Source: an uncultured virus (IMG/VR IMGVR_UViG_3300029288_000146)
Lineage: Duplodnaviria; Heunggongvirae; Uroviricota; Caudoviricetes
DNA: 20,000 nt
Strand: one strand, 5' to 3'
IMG/VR virus record: IMGVR_UViG_3300029288_000146
A model generated the notes under the pieces. That model was not told the DNA's origin. It did not search any database and was given only the letters and a program-made list of their open reading frames with translations. Of the stretch, positions 8,351 through 16,840 are shown one piece after another. Position 1 is the stretch's first letter. Each line of letters opens with the position of its first letter. Made by a program: the position numbers and the translations under genes.

Positions 8351-8923
8351 TTAGCTGAAGCTCAGGAGGTTGTACGTCTTGGTCGAACCCGATATCGTGG
8401 GTAGGTAGTAGTACATGACCGCGAAAGTGATGGGTTGGGAATACTTGGAGAGTTCCTGGGCGAACATATCGGGGGCCGAGAGGATGAACCCCGAGAACGC
8501 CCACTTCTGATGGAGCACCCAACAGCGGCTGCGGGTGAATGCCAACCTGCACAACTCTCCCCAGATTTCCCCGTGTCCGCCCTCATCAAGGTCGCGGTCG
8601 GGTAGTTGCGCAGTAACGGTAACGTGCCGGGGCATTTCGGGCGCCCGGAAGTAAAGCGGCTGGCCGGTCGTTGACGTGCGCTCATAGACGCTGGCCGTTG
8701 AGGTTTCAAACTGCGGGGGCTCGCTTAGTGGTAGCTGGGCGAACCAGTTCAGCGCCGTGGCTCCCCCGGAACCACCCACGTCAGTGTTGAGCAGCGCCGC
8801 AGGGTAAGTCGCGTTGAGACCGGTAGAAAAATTCGCGGGTCTGTATGGGGTACAATCCGCGAACGTCGCCGTGGCGGGCGATGCCCCCGTATGATAGGCT
8901 CCGACTTCGACTATCCCGCTCAT
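8351..8923 (-). CDS. Distal tail (Dit-like) protein, 190 aa
   Basis: Position directly after the TMP region, ATGA overlap, size. Function is inferred from gene order only. Confidence 0.5.
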   Translation of the reverse strand: MSGIVEVGAYHTGASPATATFADCTPYRPANFSTGLNATYPAALLNTDVGGSGGATALNWFAQLPLSEPPQFETSTASVYERTSTTGQPLYFRAPEMPRHVTVTAQLPDRDLDEGGHGEIWGELCRLAFTRSRCWVLHQKWAFSGFILSAPDMFAQELSKYSQPITFAVMYYYLPTISGSTKTYNLLSFS

Positions 8924-9468
8924 GCCCGTGCTCCTGATGGTTTGATCATTGGCCGCGCGGTCAACTGGCGGCGGCCGAAGGTGTCGCTGAACGACATCCG
9001 CGTGTTCGTCAGCGTGAAGACATCCTTGAAGGCGTCCTTGAAGTTGTCCACGATCACATGTCCAGGCTTTTCAATGGGCAGGCGCTGTTCGGGTTTGAAC
9101 AGGCTCTGGAGTATCTTGGCCCCGGCCATGACAAAGGGGTTGCCGCCGCTGATAGCCGAGAGGATCGGGGTGAAGCCACCGGCGGCTCCGAAGGTGTCGA
9201 GGCTGCGGTAACTGTCGAGCGGCATGTTGGCGTAACTCAGCAGCATCTGTTCGAGGATGTTTTCCTTGGGCGCGGCCTGCTTGCCCGGCGAGGGTTTCGA
9301 CACGTCGCCGGTATCTGAGGGTGCCGCGAATGTCGCACCAAAGCCCCCGAAGCCCGCCGATACATCAATCGGACGGGTCTTGCCCGTGGGGCTCGCCACC
9401 TTGCCCTTGTACTCGCTGAGCCCTGCCTGATCCAGCCACACCGTTCCCGACGGTTTCGGACCGTCCTT
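8920..9468 (-). CDS. In-frame continuation of the tape measure protein after the TGA at 9469-9471 (ORF track: separate 173 aa from GTG 9441)
   Basis: 9469-8920=549, so the frame is the same and there is no further stop: ...GGT GGT TGA AAG GAC GGT CCG AAA CCG TCG GGA ACG GTG TGG. No well-spaced SD precedes GTG 9441. The sequence (FGAAGGFTPILSAISGGNPFVMAGAKILQSLF) resembles a TMP C-terminus. Confidence 0.65.
   Translation of the reverse strand, partial: KDGPKPSGTVWLDQAGLSEYKGKVASPTGKTRPIDVSAGFGGFGATFAAPSDTGDVSKPSPGKQAAPKENILEQMLLSYANMPLDSYRSLDTFGAAGGFTPILSAISGGNPFVMAGAKILQSLFKPEQRLPIEKPGHVIVDNFKDAFKDVFTLTNTRMSFSDTFGRRQLTARPMIKPSGARA
9433..9465 (-). promoter_or_regulatory. Stem-loop directly 3' of the in-frame TGA; candidate bacterial SECIS / readthrough element
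   Basis: On the minus strand, ACCGU(9454-9450)-loop CGGGA-ACGGU(9444-9440), extendable by an imperfect lower stem. The apical loop begins 19 nt after the UGA and has G at loop position 2. Confidence 0.45.
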
Positions 9469-12400
9469 TCAACCACCGCTCCCGCAGTCGTCATAGAGCG
9501 TGTATTCGTACTGCGCTCCTTGTGCCATCGTTACGGGGGTCGTGGATGGATCGACGGGCAGGTAGTTGGTTCCCCCGCCGGTTGCCACTGCTCCCCCGGT
9601 GAGCGCCCAAGCTGGCAGTTGCCATCCGCCCTTACCGAGCGCGGGGAACATCGAGCGTGTCTGAGTGATTCCCGCCTTGCTGGCATTGCCGCCCACGAGG
9701 CTTGCGGCCTTGTTCTGGATACCGCCCGCAATGGCTCCCGCTACACCAGCCATGGCCGCAGCCGCAGCGGCGCCGATTTCCCCCGCATTGGTGACGTTCA
9801 CCGGTAAGGGTAGGGGAAGGCCACCCCCAGCAGATGCCGCCCAACCGCTGGGGATGGGGTTGTTCGGTGCCAGGGTGCCGCTAGAGGAATCGTAGGGGCC
9901 GAAGTAACCGGTCTTGAGCCAGTCGATGGTCTGGCCTTTGCGCCACGGGGGCAGGCCACCGGACGACCGCCAATCCTTGTAGACATCGCCGGACATTAAC
10001 TTGATATCCAGGTGGTCGCGGTAGACTTCCGCGAGTTGTTCACCCTGCTTGACGAGATCGCCCACCGCGACTTGGAGGTTCCGCAGGTGGTGCATGGCCG
10101 CTACGTTGCCCAGCGCATCGCGTGCCACCAGGGCGCGGCCGCCCCCTGCCGATGCTCCGGAGTCATACTCTTGGAGGATTTCGAGATCGGAGTACGCCAT
10201 TACCGGGGTTCCGGCCGCTGCGGCAATGTCTCCGCCGCCATGGAGTCCCGATGAACGCTTGGCGTAGTATGTCGATGTTACGCGGTTGTTGCCCACGGGC
10301 AGCGGATACCCGATACCAGAAACCGTGTAGCCGCCCTTGGGTGCGGGTCCCCAACCAGCTCCACCCCCAACACCGCCGACATCCGGTATACCACCAGCGC
10401 CAGGTGGTTGAGGCGGCAATCCTAGCCCCGCAATAAAACCGCCGCCAGCCAGTGCCGATGTGAGCCCGGAGATCGCTGATGTGTTGGCTTCCAGCGCCGA
10501 GGTGTTAGCCGAGATGGGATCGTAGGCATCCGGGAGTTTTCCGCGATACTCCGCACCAAAAGCCGTAGCATCGCCGATTCCGAATCCCGTGGCCGCTAGC
10601 CGCTGTGCCGCTGCCAGCATCTCCGGGGTTGCGGTGCCTGATGTAATGGCAGCTCCGAGCAGCGAAGGAATGCCCGCATTGAGTTGCTGCATGGTAGACA
10701 TGAACAGGGGATCGCGCAGGTACTTGCGGTCTTCATAGGGGATGTCCTGCATGAGCCACTGGAGATCGAAGACGCCGCCGATGGTGCGGCCGAATCCGCT
10801 GGTTAGCCCCTGGCGAGCGCTAAACTCCTCAGACTGGAGCTGGCGGAGTTCGTCTGGTTTGAGTCCGCCCTTGCCCATCTGATCCTTGATCTTCTGCCAG
10901 CGCGCGTAGTCAACCTCAAGCCCCTCGATCTGGCCGATGAGGTCATAGGCGCCGCCCAGCCATTTGTTGGGTCCCGCAGCCGCGCCCATGATTGTGGATT
11001 GCGCGCCGATGGTTGATGTAATGGCTCCGGCCGCGCGGTCTAGGGAGGTCATGTAGTCACTCAGCGCACGGGCTGCGGCCTGCTCCTCGGCAGCCATCTT
11101 CGCCAAGCCCTCAGAGGCCAGAATGGCATTCTCTTTGAGTTCGGGCAGGTATGCGGCGTATGCGGTTTGTTCCTCAGCGGAGAGCGACATCACCTCGCGG
11201 GCCTTCTCGATGGCTGCGCGGTATTCGTCCTCCAGGGCCGCGCGCTCTGCGGTTTTATCTGTTTCGACACCGTACCGCTGGTTCATGATGTCCATCCACC
11301 GCGCGGTTTCCTTGCGGGCTTCCGTTGAGCGGGTGATGGAATCCAACTCATCAACCACGGCACGTTGCTGCTTCTCGCGCTCAAACTCCATCGCTCGCTG
11401 CGCGTGCTCTTCCCATAGGGGGCGCTGCTGGGGTGTGAGTTCGGCGACGTTCATGCCCAGTACGGTGCTGATGTATTGATCGATCCACTTTTCGTTGAAC
11501 GACTGCTTGGGGTTGTATCCGGTTTGCGCGGCGAAGGTGTCAAGCAGGCGCGCAGTGTCACCCGATGGCAGAAACTCTCCCTGGAATTTCTCCCATGCGG
11601 TTTTCTGTCCCCCAGGCCCAGCCCCACCACCAGCGGCCTTAGCCATGAGTTCGGCCGCTGCGTTTTCATCCATGATCCCCATCGAGACCAAAGTACCCAG
11701 AGCATCTACGGCAATCCCTGACATCTTGGATACTTCGGTGTTGCCCCGGAGTAACGCACCGGACAACCCGCCGCGATTGAGGTCGAACGGAGTCAGGGAA
11801 CGCATCACATCTACAGCGCCCGGGCCGAGCCAATACGCCCACGCCGTCCGCCGTCCCACACCGGCCTTCGTCTCTTCTGTCTGTTGCCCCAGCCGCTCCT
11901 TGGAGAACTCGACGCGCAAGTCGCGCAGGGCGCCAGCGAGTTCGTCTGCGGCTGTGGATGCGGACAGCAGGGAGTCGGCGTGGGCGGCGACGTAATCAGA
12001 GAACCGCGTGAGGTTGTCCCCGCTGAGTCCGAGGTCGCGCGCCCGCGTTCTCATCACGGTTACGAGGTCTTCCTTCTTGCTGACCTGCCCGCCACCAGCC
12101 AGCGCCGCGAGATCGAGCCCGGCCTTGGCGGAATCCGGGACTACGTGGGCTAGTTGCTTGAGGGCTTCGTTGGAATCCCGCACGGCGTTCGAGTATGCCT
12201 GCCACGCGGTGGTTGCCGCGATGATGACACCCGTAGCGATCATGCTCCCCATGAGGAAGGTCTGGGATTGAGCAGCCGCGCGGGTTGCCGCAGCATGGGC
12301 CTTCTGTGTTTCAGCGAGTGCGCGGGTGGTGCTATCGAGCGTCCGGTTGGCAGTAACTACGGCGTTGATGCGCGCGAGATCGCTCGCCCCCATCCCCCCT

Positions 12401-13464
12401 GCCGCAGCAGAAGCATAAATCGCCTGAGCGCCCGCCACGCCGCCGCCCTCGAAGGCCATGGCTGATTGCATAGCCGGGGTCAGACGTCCCATGGCAATGG
12501 GTACGCGGTTCTGAGCGGCGAACATCCGCTGGGTCAGAGATGCTTCCTGCTCGCCTAGTTGAGCTGCGAGTCCCCAACGCCCTGCTACTTGCGGAGCCAT
12601 GTAGCCGTATCCCGCCCACATACCCATCCCGCCGATGGCCGATGGAGTCAGGACGCTCGCCAGGTCGCCAGCCATGTTCCCGAACTTCTGCGGGCTCACG
12701 ACGCCCAGCGCCTGTCCGGCTTTGAGGATGCTGGTGGTCAGGAGGTCGAAAGCGTGGCCGACATCGCGGACGTACTCATCCACGGCCTCTTGCTTGAACA
12801 CGCGGAACTGCTGGAGTCCAGTGGCTTCGGTTCCGGTGCCGAACCCTTGCATGCGGGTGAAGGACGGGTGCGAGAAGAGCCCCCACACACGGGCTTGCAT
12901 TTCCTGTGTGGATGTCATACCGAAGCGTGAAGTCCCCAATACCTGCCGCGCGTAGGCTTCGTACATGGGGTTCATCTTGATGCTAACGCCGGTCTTTTCG
13001 AGCCCTTCGGTTTCACCTCGCACCAGGAAAGCAGAGAACCGCAACATCGCGTCTTGGATGTTGTCCACAACCCCGGCAATCGCCAGACCGCGCCCGGCTT
13101 CACCCAGCGCGCGGAACTGCTTGAGGTTCATGTCCACGCCCGCAGCGGTTAGGCGCATGGCCTCATAGGCGGCTTCTGCTTGGGTTGCGATGTTCCCCAA
13201 GCCCTCAGCCATCGCCCGGAAGTTGGCGGCGCTCTCGAAGAACGCCTGGCCTTTGACGATACCGATGAGCTGGTTGTAGCGGCTGGTGAGTTCGCCCAGG
13301 CGGTTGACCGCCAGGTCGATCCCCGCGATCATCCCCGCGAACTTGGCGACGTTGTTGAAGCCCTCGACCTTTCCTTGCAGGGCTCCCACGGATGCGTTCG
13401 CGCGCGACATCACCGACTCGAACTGAGTCCCGTCCGCGCGAAGTCTAATCCCTATATCAGCCAT
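9469..13464 (-). CDS. Tape measure protein with C-terminal M23 peptidase-like domain, 1331 aa (1514 aa if the TGA is read through)
   Basis: N-terminus MADIGIRLRADGTQFES; Ala/Gly-rich helical composition; follows the chaperone pair. M23 motifs HGGGDIAAAAGTPV, HL..LQVAVGDLVKQGEQLA and HLD at about 10000-10310. Confidence 0.9.
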   Translation of the reverse strand: MADIGIRLRADGTQFESVMSRANASVGALQGKVEGFNNVAKFAGMIAGIDLAVNRLGELTSRYNQLIGIVKGQAFFESAANFRAMAEGLGNIATQAEAAYEAMRLTAAGVDMNLKQFRALGEAGRGLAIAGVVDNIQDAMLRFSAFLVRGETEGLEKTGVSIKMNPMYEAYARQVLGTSRFGMTSTQEMQARVWGLFSHPSFTRMQGFGTGTEATGLQQFRVFKQEAVDEYVRDVGHAFDLLTTSILKAGQALGVVSPQKFGNMAGDLASVLTPSAIGGMGMWAGYGYMAPQVAGRWGLAAQLGEQEASLTQRMFAAQNRVPIAMGRLTPAMQSAMAFEGGGVAGAQAIYASAAAGGMGASDLARINAVVTANRTLDSTTRALAETQKAHAAATRAAAQSQTFLMGSMIATGVIIAATTAWQAYSNAVRDSNEALKQLAHVVPDSAKAGLDLAALAGGGQVSKKEDLVTVMRTRARDLGLSGDNLTRFSDYVAAHADSLLSASTAADELAGALRDLRVEFSKERLGQQTEETKAGVGRRTAWAYWLGPGAVDVMRSLTPFDLNRGGLSGALLRGNTEVSKMSGIAVDALGTLVSMGIMDENAAAELMAKAAGGGAGPGGQKTAWEKFQGEFLPSGDTARLLDTFAAQTGYNPKQSFNEKWIDQYISTVLGMNVAELTPQQRPLWEEHAQRAMEFEREKQQRAVVDELDSITRSTEARKETARWMDIMNQRYGVETDKTAERAALEDEYRAAIEKAREVMSLSAEEQTAYAAYLPELKENAILASEGLAKMAAEEQAAARALSDYMTSLDRAAGAITSTIGAQSTIMGAAAGPNKWLGGAYDLIGQIEGLEVDYARWQKIKDQMGKGGLKPDELRQLQSEEFSARQGLTSGFGRTIGGVFDLQWLMQDIPYEDRKYLRDPLFMSTMQQLNAGIPSLLGAAITSGTATPEMLAAAQRLAATGFGIGDATAFGAEYRGKLPDAYDPISANTSALEANTSAISGLTSALAGGGFIAGLGLPPQPPGAGGIPDVGGVGGGAGWGPAPKGGYTVSGIGYPLPVGNNRVTSTYYAKRSSGLHGGGDIAAAAGTPVMAYSDLEILQEYDSGASAGGGRALVARDALGNVAAMHHLRNLQVAVGDLVKQGEQLAEVYRDHLDIKLMSGDVYKDWRSSGGLPPWRKGQTIDWLKTGYFGPYDSSSGTLAPNNPIPSGWAASAGGGLPLPLPVNVTNAGEIGAAAAAAMAGVAGAIAGGIQNKAASLVGGNASKAGITQTRSMFPALGKGGWQLPAWALTGGAVATGGGTNYLPVDPSTTPVTMAQGAQYEYTLYDDCGSGG

Positions 13465-13801
13465 GCCGGATGCTCGCCTGCCAACTCATCGCGTACCGCA
13501 CTAGTTCGTCTGTCTCTTCCTGCTTGGCGCGCTCGTAGGCTTCCTCGTCCACGCCTTCAGTGATGGAGTCGATGGCTTCGGAGAGCGACTTGTTGAGGTC
13601 TTTAACCTGCTTCTCGCCAGCAAAGATTCCCTTCTGGTGGAGCTGCATTACCCGGTCTTCAGCAATCGCGTAGCCGAACAACTCCAGCACCAGGGGCCAC
13701 GGAACCTGCCGGTAGACGTAATCGAACCCGACTCCCTGCCACGCCGCAACCTTGGCTATGATGTAGTGGAGCTGGTAGGCGCGGCGTCCACGGCCGGGGG
13801 G
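13457..13801 (-). CDS. Tail assembly chaperone extension (gpT-like part of a gpGT fusion), -1 frame
   Basis: The -1 frame is open from 13840 to the stop at 13457: PGRGRRAYQLHYIIAKVAAWQGVGFDYVYRQVPWPLVLELFGYAIAEDR...; its stop overlaps the TMP start. Confidence 0.75.
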   Translation of the reverse strand, partial: PPGRGRRAYQLHYIIAKVAAWQGVGFDYVYRQVPWPLVLELFGYAIAEDRVMQLHQKGIFAGEKQVKDLNKSLSEAIDSITEGVDEEAYERAKQEETDELVRYAMSWQASIRHG

Positions 13802-14151
13802 CTCTCGCTGCCCTCCTGTTCGCGGATCGCTTTGTAGTGGTCAAGCATGGGCTTGATCTCGTGCTCGAAGATGGCATCCCGCAGGGTCCGGTAGTTGTCG
13901 ATGTCGTCAAACTCATCCGGCCCCTTGCAGATACCCTCAAGTTCGGATTCCGGCATCCTCAGCGTATCCAGAACAAGCTGGCGCATCAGGACGGCCGCAC
14001 CCGCCCGGTTCCCCTGGGTCTCGAAGGCCATGGCCGTCGCCCAGGTCTCGTAACCGAGGTCTCGCATCTGGAATGACCAACGCGAGATCGTGCAGGTGTG
14101 ACCGCCCTTCAGCTTTACGACATACTCAATCTCAGCAGGCTTGTCGCCCAT
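13756..14151 (-). CDS. Tail assembly chaperone (gpG-like), 131 aa
   Basis: Lies between the tail tube and TMP; GAGGT SD; overlapping -1 frame downstream. Confidence 0.75.
   Translation of the reverse strand: MGDKPAEIEYVVKLKGGHTCTISRWSFQMRDLGYETWATAMAFETQGNRAGAAVLMRQLVLDTLRMPESELEGICKGPDEFDDIDNYRTLRDAIFEHEIKPMLDHYKAIREQEGSESPPAVDAAPTSSTTS
13795..13817 (-). promoter_or_regulatory. Candidate -1 frameshift signal: internal SD AGGAGG, 10 nt spacer, heptamer C CCC CCG
   Basis: Minus strand reads CAG GAG GGC AGC GAG AGC CCC CCG. The heptamer at 13801-13795 is in X XXY YYZ phase; AGGAGG is at 13817-13812. Confidence 0.65.
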
Positions 14152-14162
14152 CTAGTACCTCA

Positions 14163-15182
14163 CTAGACCAACACTTCAAAGTCAATATCGCTCGTGGTAG
14201 CCATGTACTCGACAGCGAAGAACGGCGAATCGGGATGGTTCTCCTTGTCATTGAGCACACGGAAACTCACCGGTAGCGTGAAGTCGGCCAGAGCCGTGGG
14301 ATTCACGGCGAAGTCCACGGAGCCCTCGGGAATGCACTTCCAGAAGTACATCACCAGAGCCTTGCGGTCGCGGTTGTCTTCCATCGCGTGAACCAGCTTG
14401 ATGCTCACGGGCTCCACTTGATTGGTGGACGTGTAGATCAACTGGCGCTCGCCCGCAGCCACATCGGTCCCGCCGGTGTAGGACGCCTTGCCCCACGAAT
14501 ACGTGAGCCCGATCAGGGCCACGGTATCCCCGGTCTTGACATCCTTCTCGATGAACGGGTACTTGCCGTTGACCGTGAACTTGGCGTCGGCGTCGTCGTA
14601 GACCCACTGCGAGAGGTCGCTGTCGGGGATCGTGGTGAACGTGAACTTGCCCAGGCGGTTGTCGGACAGCGCAATGCTTCCGCCAGAACCCGGAGTAAAT
14701 GCCGCCACGGACGTATCGCCGTTGGTGTACGCGCAGGTGTAGACATCCCAATCGGCTGTACCCTCTTCGAGATCGCGGTTCTCAGCAAACAGCGAGAACG
14801 TGAAGGGTCCCGAAGCTCCGCCGATGTTGACGATGTGCCACTCAGCGGGCGCCGTGGTTGTGCTCGCTACGCCGTTACCCGGTCCCACGAGCCGCTGTGC
14901 CGTCAGAGCCGCGCCGGTGTAGGAAGCATCGCAGAGCGAAGTCAGGAAGTTGTCTACCGCCAGTTCCTTCTGGTCCATGAAGACGTTGCACTGCGGGTTG
15001 ATGCTGGAGATGGAGATCGGGCCGTCGCGGACATCGCAGACTCGCGTGAAGATGTCCTTACCGAACCGGAACCCCACGCGCTCAAGACACCCAAGGTTCC
15101 AACTCTTAGCCTGGTCCTCACTGTAAATCCTCGCCCAGAATTGCCCCTTGGACATTACCCGGGTGTTTTCAAACTGAGGCAT
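14163..15182 (-). CDS. Major tail (tube) protein, 339 aa
   Basis: Gene order; GGGGGGA SD; beta-rich; C-terminus MYFWKC..EGSVDF......FTLPVSFRVL is typical of tail tube proteins. No sheath gene is present. Confidence 0.75.
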   Translation of the reverse strand: MPQFENTRVMSKGQFWARIYSEDQAKSWNLGCLERVGFRFGKDIFTRVCDVRDGPISISSINPQCNVFMDQKELAVDNFLTSLCDASYTGAALTAQRLVGPGNGVASTTTAPAEWHIVNIGGASGPFTFSLFAENRDLEEGTADWDVYTCAYTNGDTSVAAFTPGSGGSIALSDNRLGKFTFTTIPDSDLSQWVYDDADAKFTVNGKYPFIEKDVKTGDTVALIGLTYSWGKASYTGGTDVAAGERQLIYTSTNQVEPVSIKLVHAMEDNRDRKALVMYFWKCIPEGSVDFAVNPTALADFTLPVSFRVLNDKENHPDSPFFAVEYMATTSDIDFEVLV

Positions 15183-15196
15183 ATTTTCCCCCCGTC

Positions 15197-15580
15197 TCAG
15201 TTCGTATAGGTGATCGTGATTGCTATGCGAACGATGTACGTGCGTGTAGCTTCGTCAAAGTACGTAGACACCACCGGCATGCAGTAGAGGTACTTCGCCG
15301 GCCACGCATCTTTCAGTGTGTCCAGCAACTCCTCAGCCAGCAGGTCAGCGGCCTCTTCATCCTTGCCGTAACAGGAAATAACGAAATCCTGGCTTTTTGA
15401 GCCGCCTCTGAGAACGCCCCCTTCTTCCGGGGACTCCTCGAAACTCTGTACTCCATAAGCTCCGCGCTTGTTCGCGGGTATCACGATCTCCGTCAGGTTG
15501 CCGAAGTACACGGGTTCCTTCAGTTGCTCTTTAAGAAACTTGCGGAACTCGTACTTCGCCTCTGAGCGGGTAATGGTCAT
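15197..15580 (-). CDS. Tail terminator / completion protein, 127 aa
   Basis: Directly before the tail tube; FVISCYGKDEEAADLLAEELLDTL strand-helix pattern of gpU/gp17-like proteins. Confidence 0.7.
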   Translation of the reverse strand: MTITRSEAKYEFRKFLKEQLKEPVYFGNLTEIVIPANKRGAYGVQSFEESPEEGGVLRGGSKSQDFVISCYGKDEEAADLLAEELLDTLKDAWPAKYLYCMPVVSTYFDEATRTYIVRIAITITYTN

Positions 15581-15609
15581 GTTGCCGTAACACTGTTAAA
15601 CATACGTGG

Positions 15610-16017
15610 TCAGCGCGCGCGCCGCGCAATGAGTTGCTTTATCCGCGCGGCCAGTTCCCGCAGCGCCGGTTTGCGGTTGCGCTCGAACATGTGGGCTCCG
15701 GGGTAGTAACCGACCTCGTGGCCGAAGTAGACGATCCGGTGTCCGAACTCCACAGCGGGGCCGTAGTCGTAGTCCCGGCCGTGGTTGGCCCGCACGGGGG
15801 CTTCGTCATAGTTCACGTAGTAATCCGCGTTTCCCATCTTCGTGTGGTTGATCGCCGTCTGGAGAGTGGCGGTGTCCACGGGGGTAACGTCTTTGACCTT
15901 CTTCTCGGTTTCCACAGCCACTTGCTTGACCGTCGCATCCAGGGCCGCATGCAACTCAGCGCCGGTCAGGTGCCGAAGCATGGCATCCCATTCCCGGCGG
16001 TCGAAATCCGCGCTCAC
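15610..16017 (-). CDS. HK97 gp10-family neck/tail component, 135 aa
   Basis: Motifs TPVDTATLQTAI, YGPAVEFGH and PGAHMF; GTGA overlap with the upstream stop. Confidence 0.85.
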   Translation of the reverse strand: MSADFDRREWDAMLRHLTGAELHAALDATVKQVAVETEKKVKDVTPVDTATLQTAINHTKMGNADYYVNYDEAPVRANHGRDYDYGPAVEFGHRIVYFGHEVGYYPGAHMFERNRKPALRELAARIKQLIARRAR

Positions 16018-16355
16018 GGCTTCACCGTCGCGGCGCTGTCATAGCGCCAGCAGTCGTCCCCATACTGCGGGCAGTACCACGACAGGGAGATGCTGTAATC
16101 CCGGCCGTTGTAGCGCAGTACCGTGCCGGGTTTCATCTCGATACCCGCATAGAACACCAGTTGCTCCACTTCTTCACGCACGCTGCCGGATAGCCTCTCA
16201 GTGGGACCGTGGGTATCGATGAGAATGCTCACGTCTTCCCACTGGGTTTCGCAAACCGCAGCGCGGCCTCTCAGCTCATCGGCAGGGGTAATGGTGATCC
16301 GTGTTGCCGAATACTTTGCCGGGGCTCCCAGAGCAGCGAATCTCGCCTTGAGCAT
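16014..16355 (-). CDS. Head-closure (stopper)-like protein, 113 aa
   Basis: Start reassigned to ATG 16355 (TGATG overlap). MKPGTVLRYNGRDYSI matches the (k.gd.i.y.g..y.i) stopper pattern; gene order. Confidence 0.65.
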   Translation of the reverse strand: MLKARFAALGAPAKYSATRITITPADELRGRAAVCETQWEDVSILIDTHGPTERLSGSVREEVEQLVFYAGIEMKPGTVLRYNGRDYSISLSWYCPQYGDDCWRYDSAATVKP

Positions 16356-16828
16356 CAACGCACCCCCAGCAGGTGTAGGGCTGAAGCGCGGCACTCGTCG
16401 GCGAAACGTGTGGCGTCAATCCGCAAGTTGTTGGTGGAGATGTACACGCCGATCTTCGCGGGGTCGGCCGACAGCGAGAAGAGCATTTCCGCGCGCAATC
16501 TCGGGATGTGGATGGGGACGCCGTAGACCTCGAACTCTGTGCGGGTCTCCGTTCCCGATGCCACAAAGACCGTCCTGGCTCCCTCGTCGTAGACATACTC
16601 CACACCCGCCGTGGGGCTCACGACTTCCACCTGCCACAGATGGTCGTCACCCGTGGCATACCTGTAGCGGTTGGTGGAGCCGAACTGCTGGGCCGTAAAG
16701 GTGCTGGGATCGTTGACGCCCTCGACTTGCAGCCACATCGCCGTGTCGATCTCGTGGTCGCTCCAGACTTCGCCCTTGGGGTCGCGGATAACCTCGCGGA
16801 TATACTCAATGAGCCGGATGGTTTGCAA
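16355..16828 (-). CDS. Head-tail adaptor-like protein, 157 aa
   Basis: First gene after the capsid; IREVIRDPKGEVWSDHEIDTAM resembles adaptor N-termini; TTG start with GGGGA SD. Confidence 0.6.
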   Translation of the reverse strand: MQTIRLIEYIREVIRDPKGEVWSDHEIDTAMWLQVEGVNDPSTFTAQQFGSTNRYRYATGDDHLWQVEVVSPTAGVEYVYDEGARTVFVASGTETRTEFEVYGVPIHIPRLRAEMLFSLSADPAKIGVYISTNNLRIDATRFADECRASALHLLGVR

Positions 16829-16840
16829 GGTGTCCCCCGA

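Noticed and set aside
13659..13940. 93-aa ORF as the chaperone frameshift partner
   Set aside because: It is the +1 frame, has Arg/Ser/Pro shadow-like composition and stops about 200 nt short of the TMP, whereas the -1 frame reaches the TMP start.
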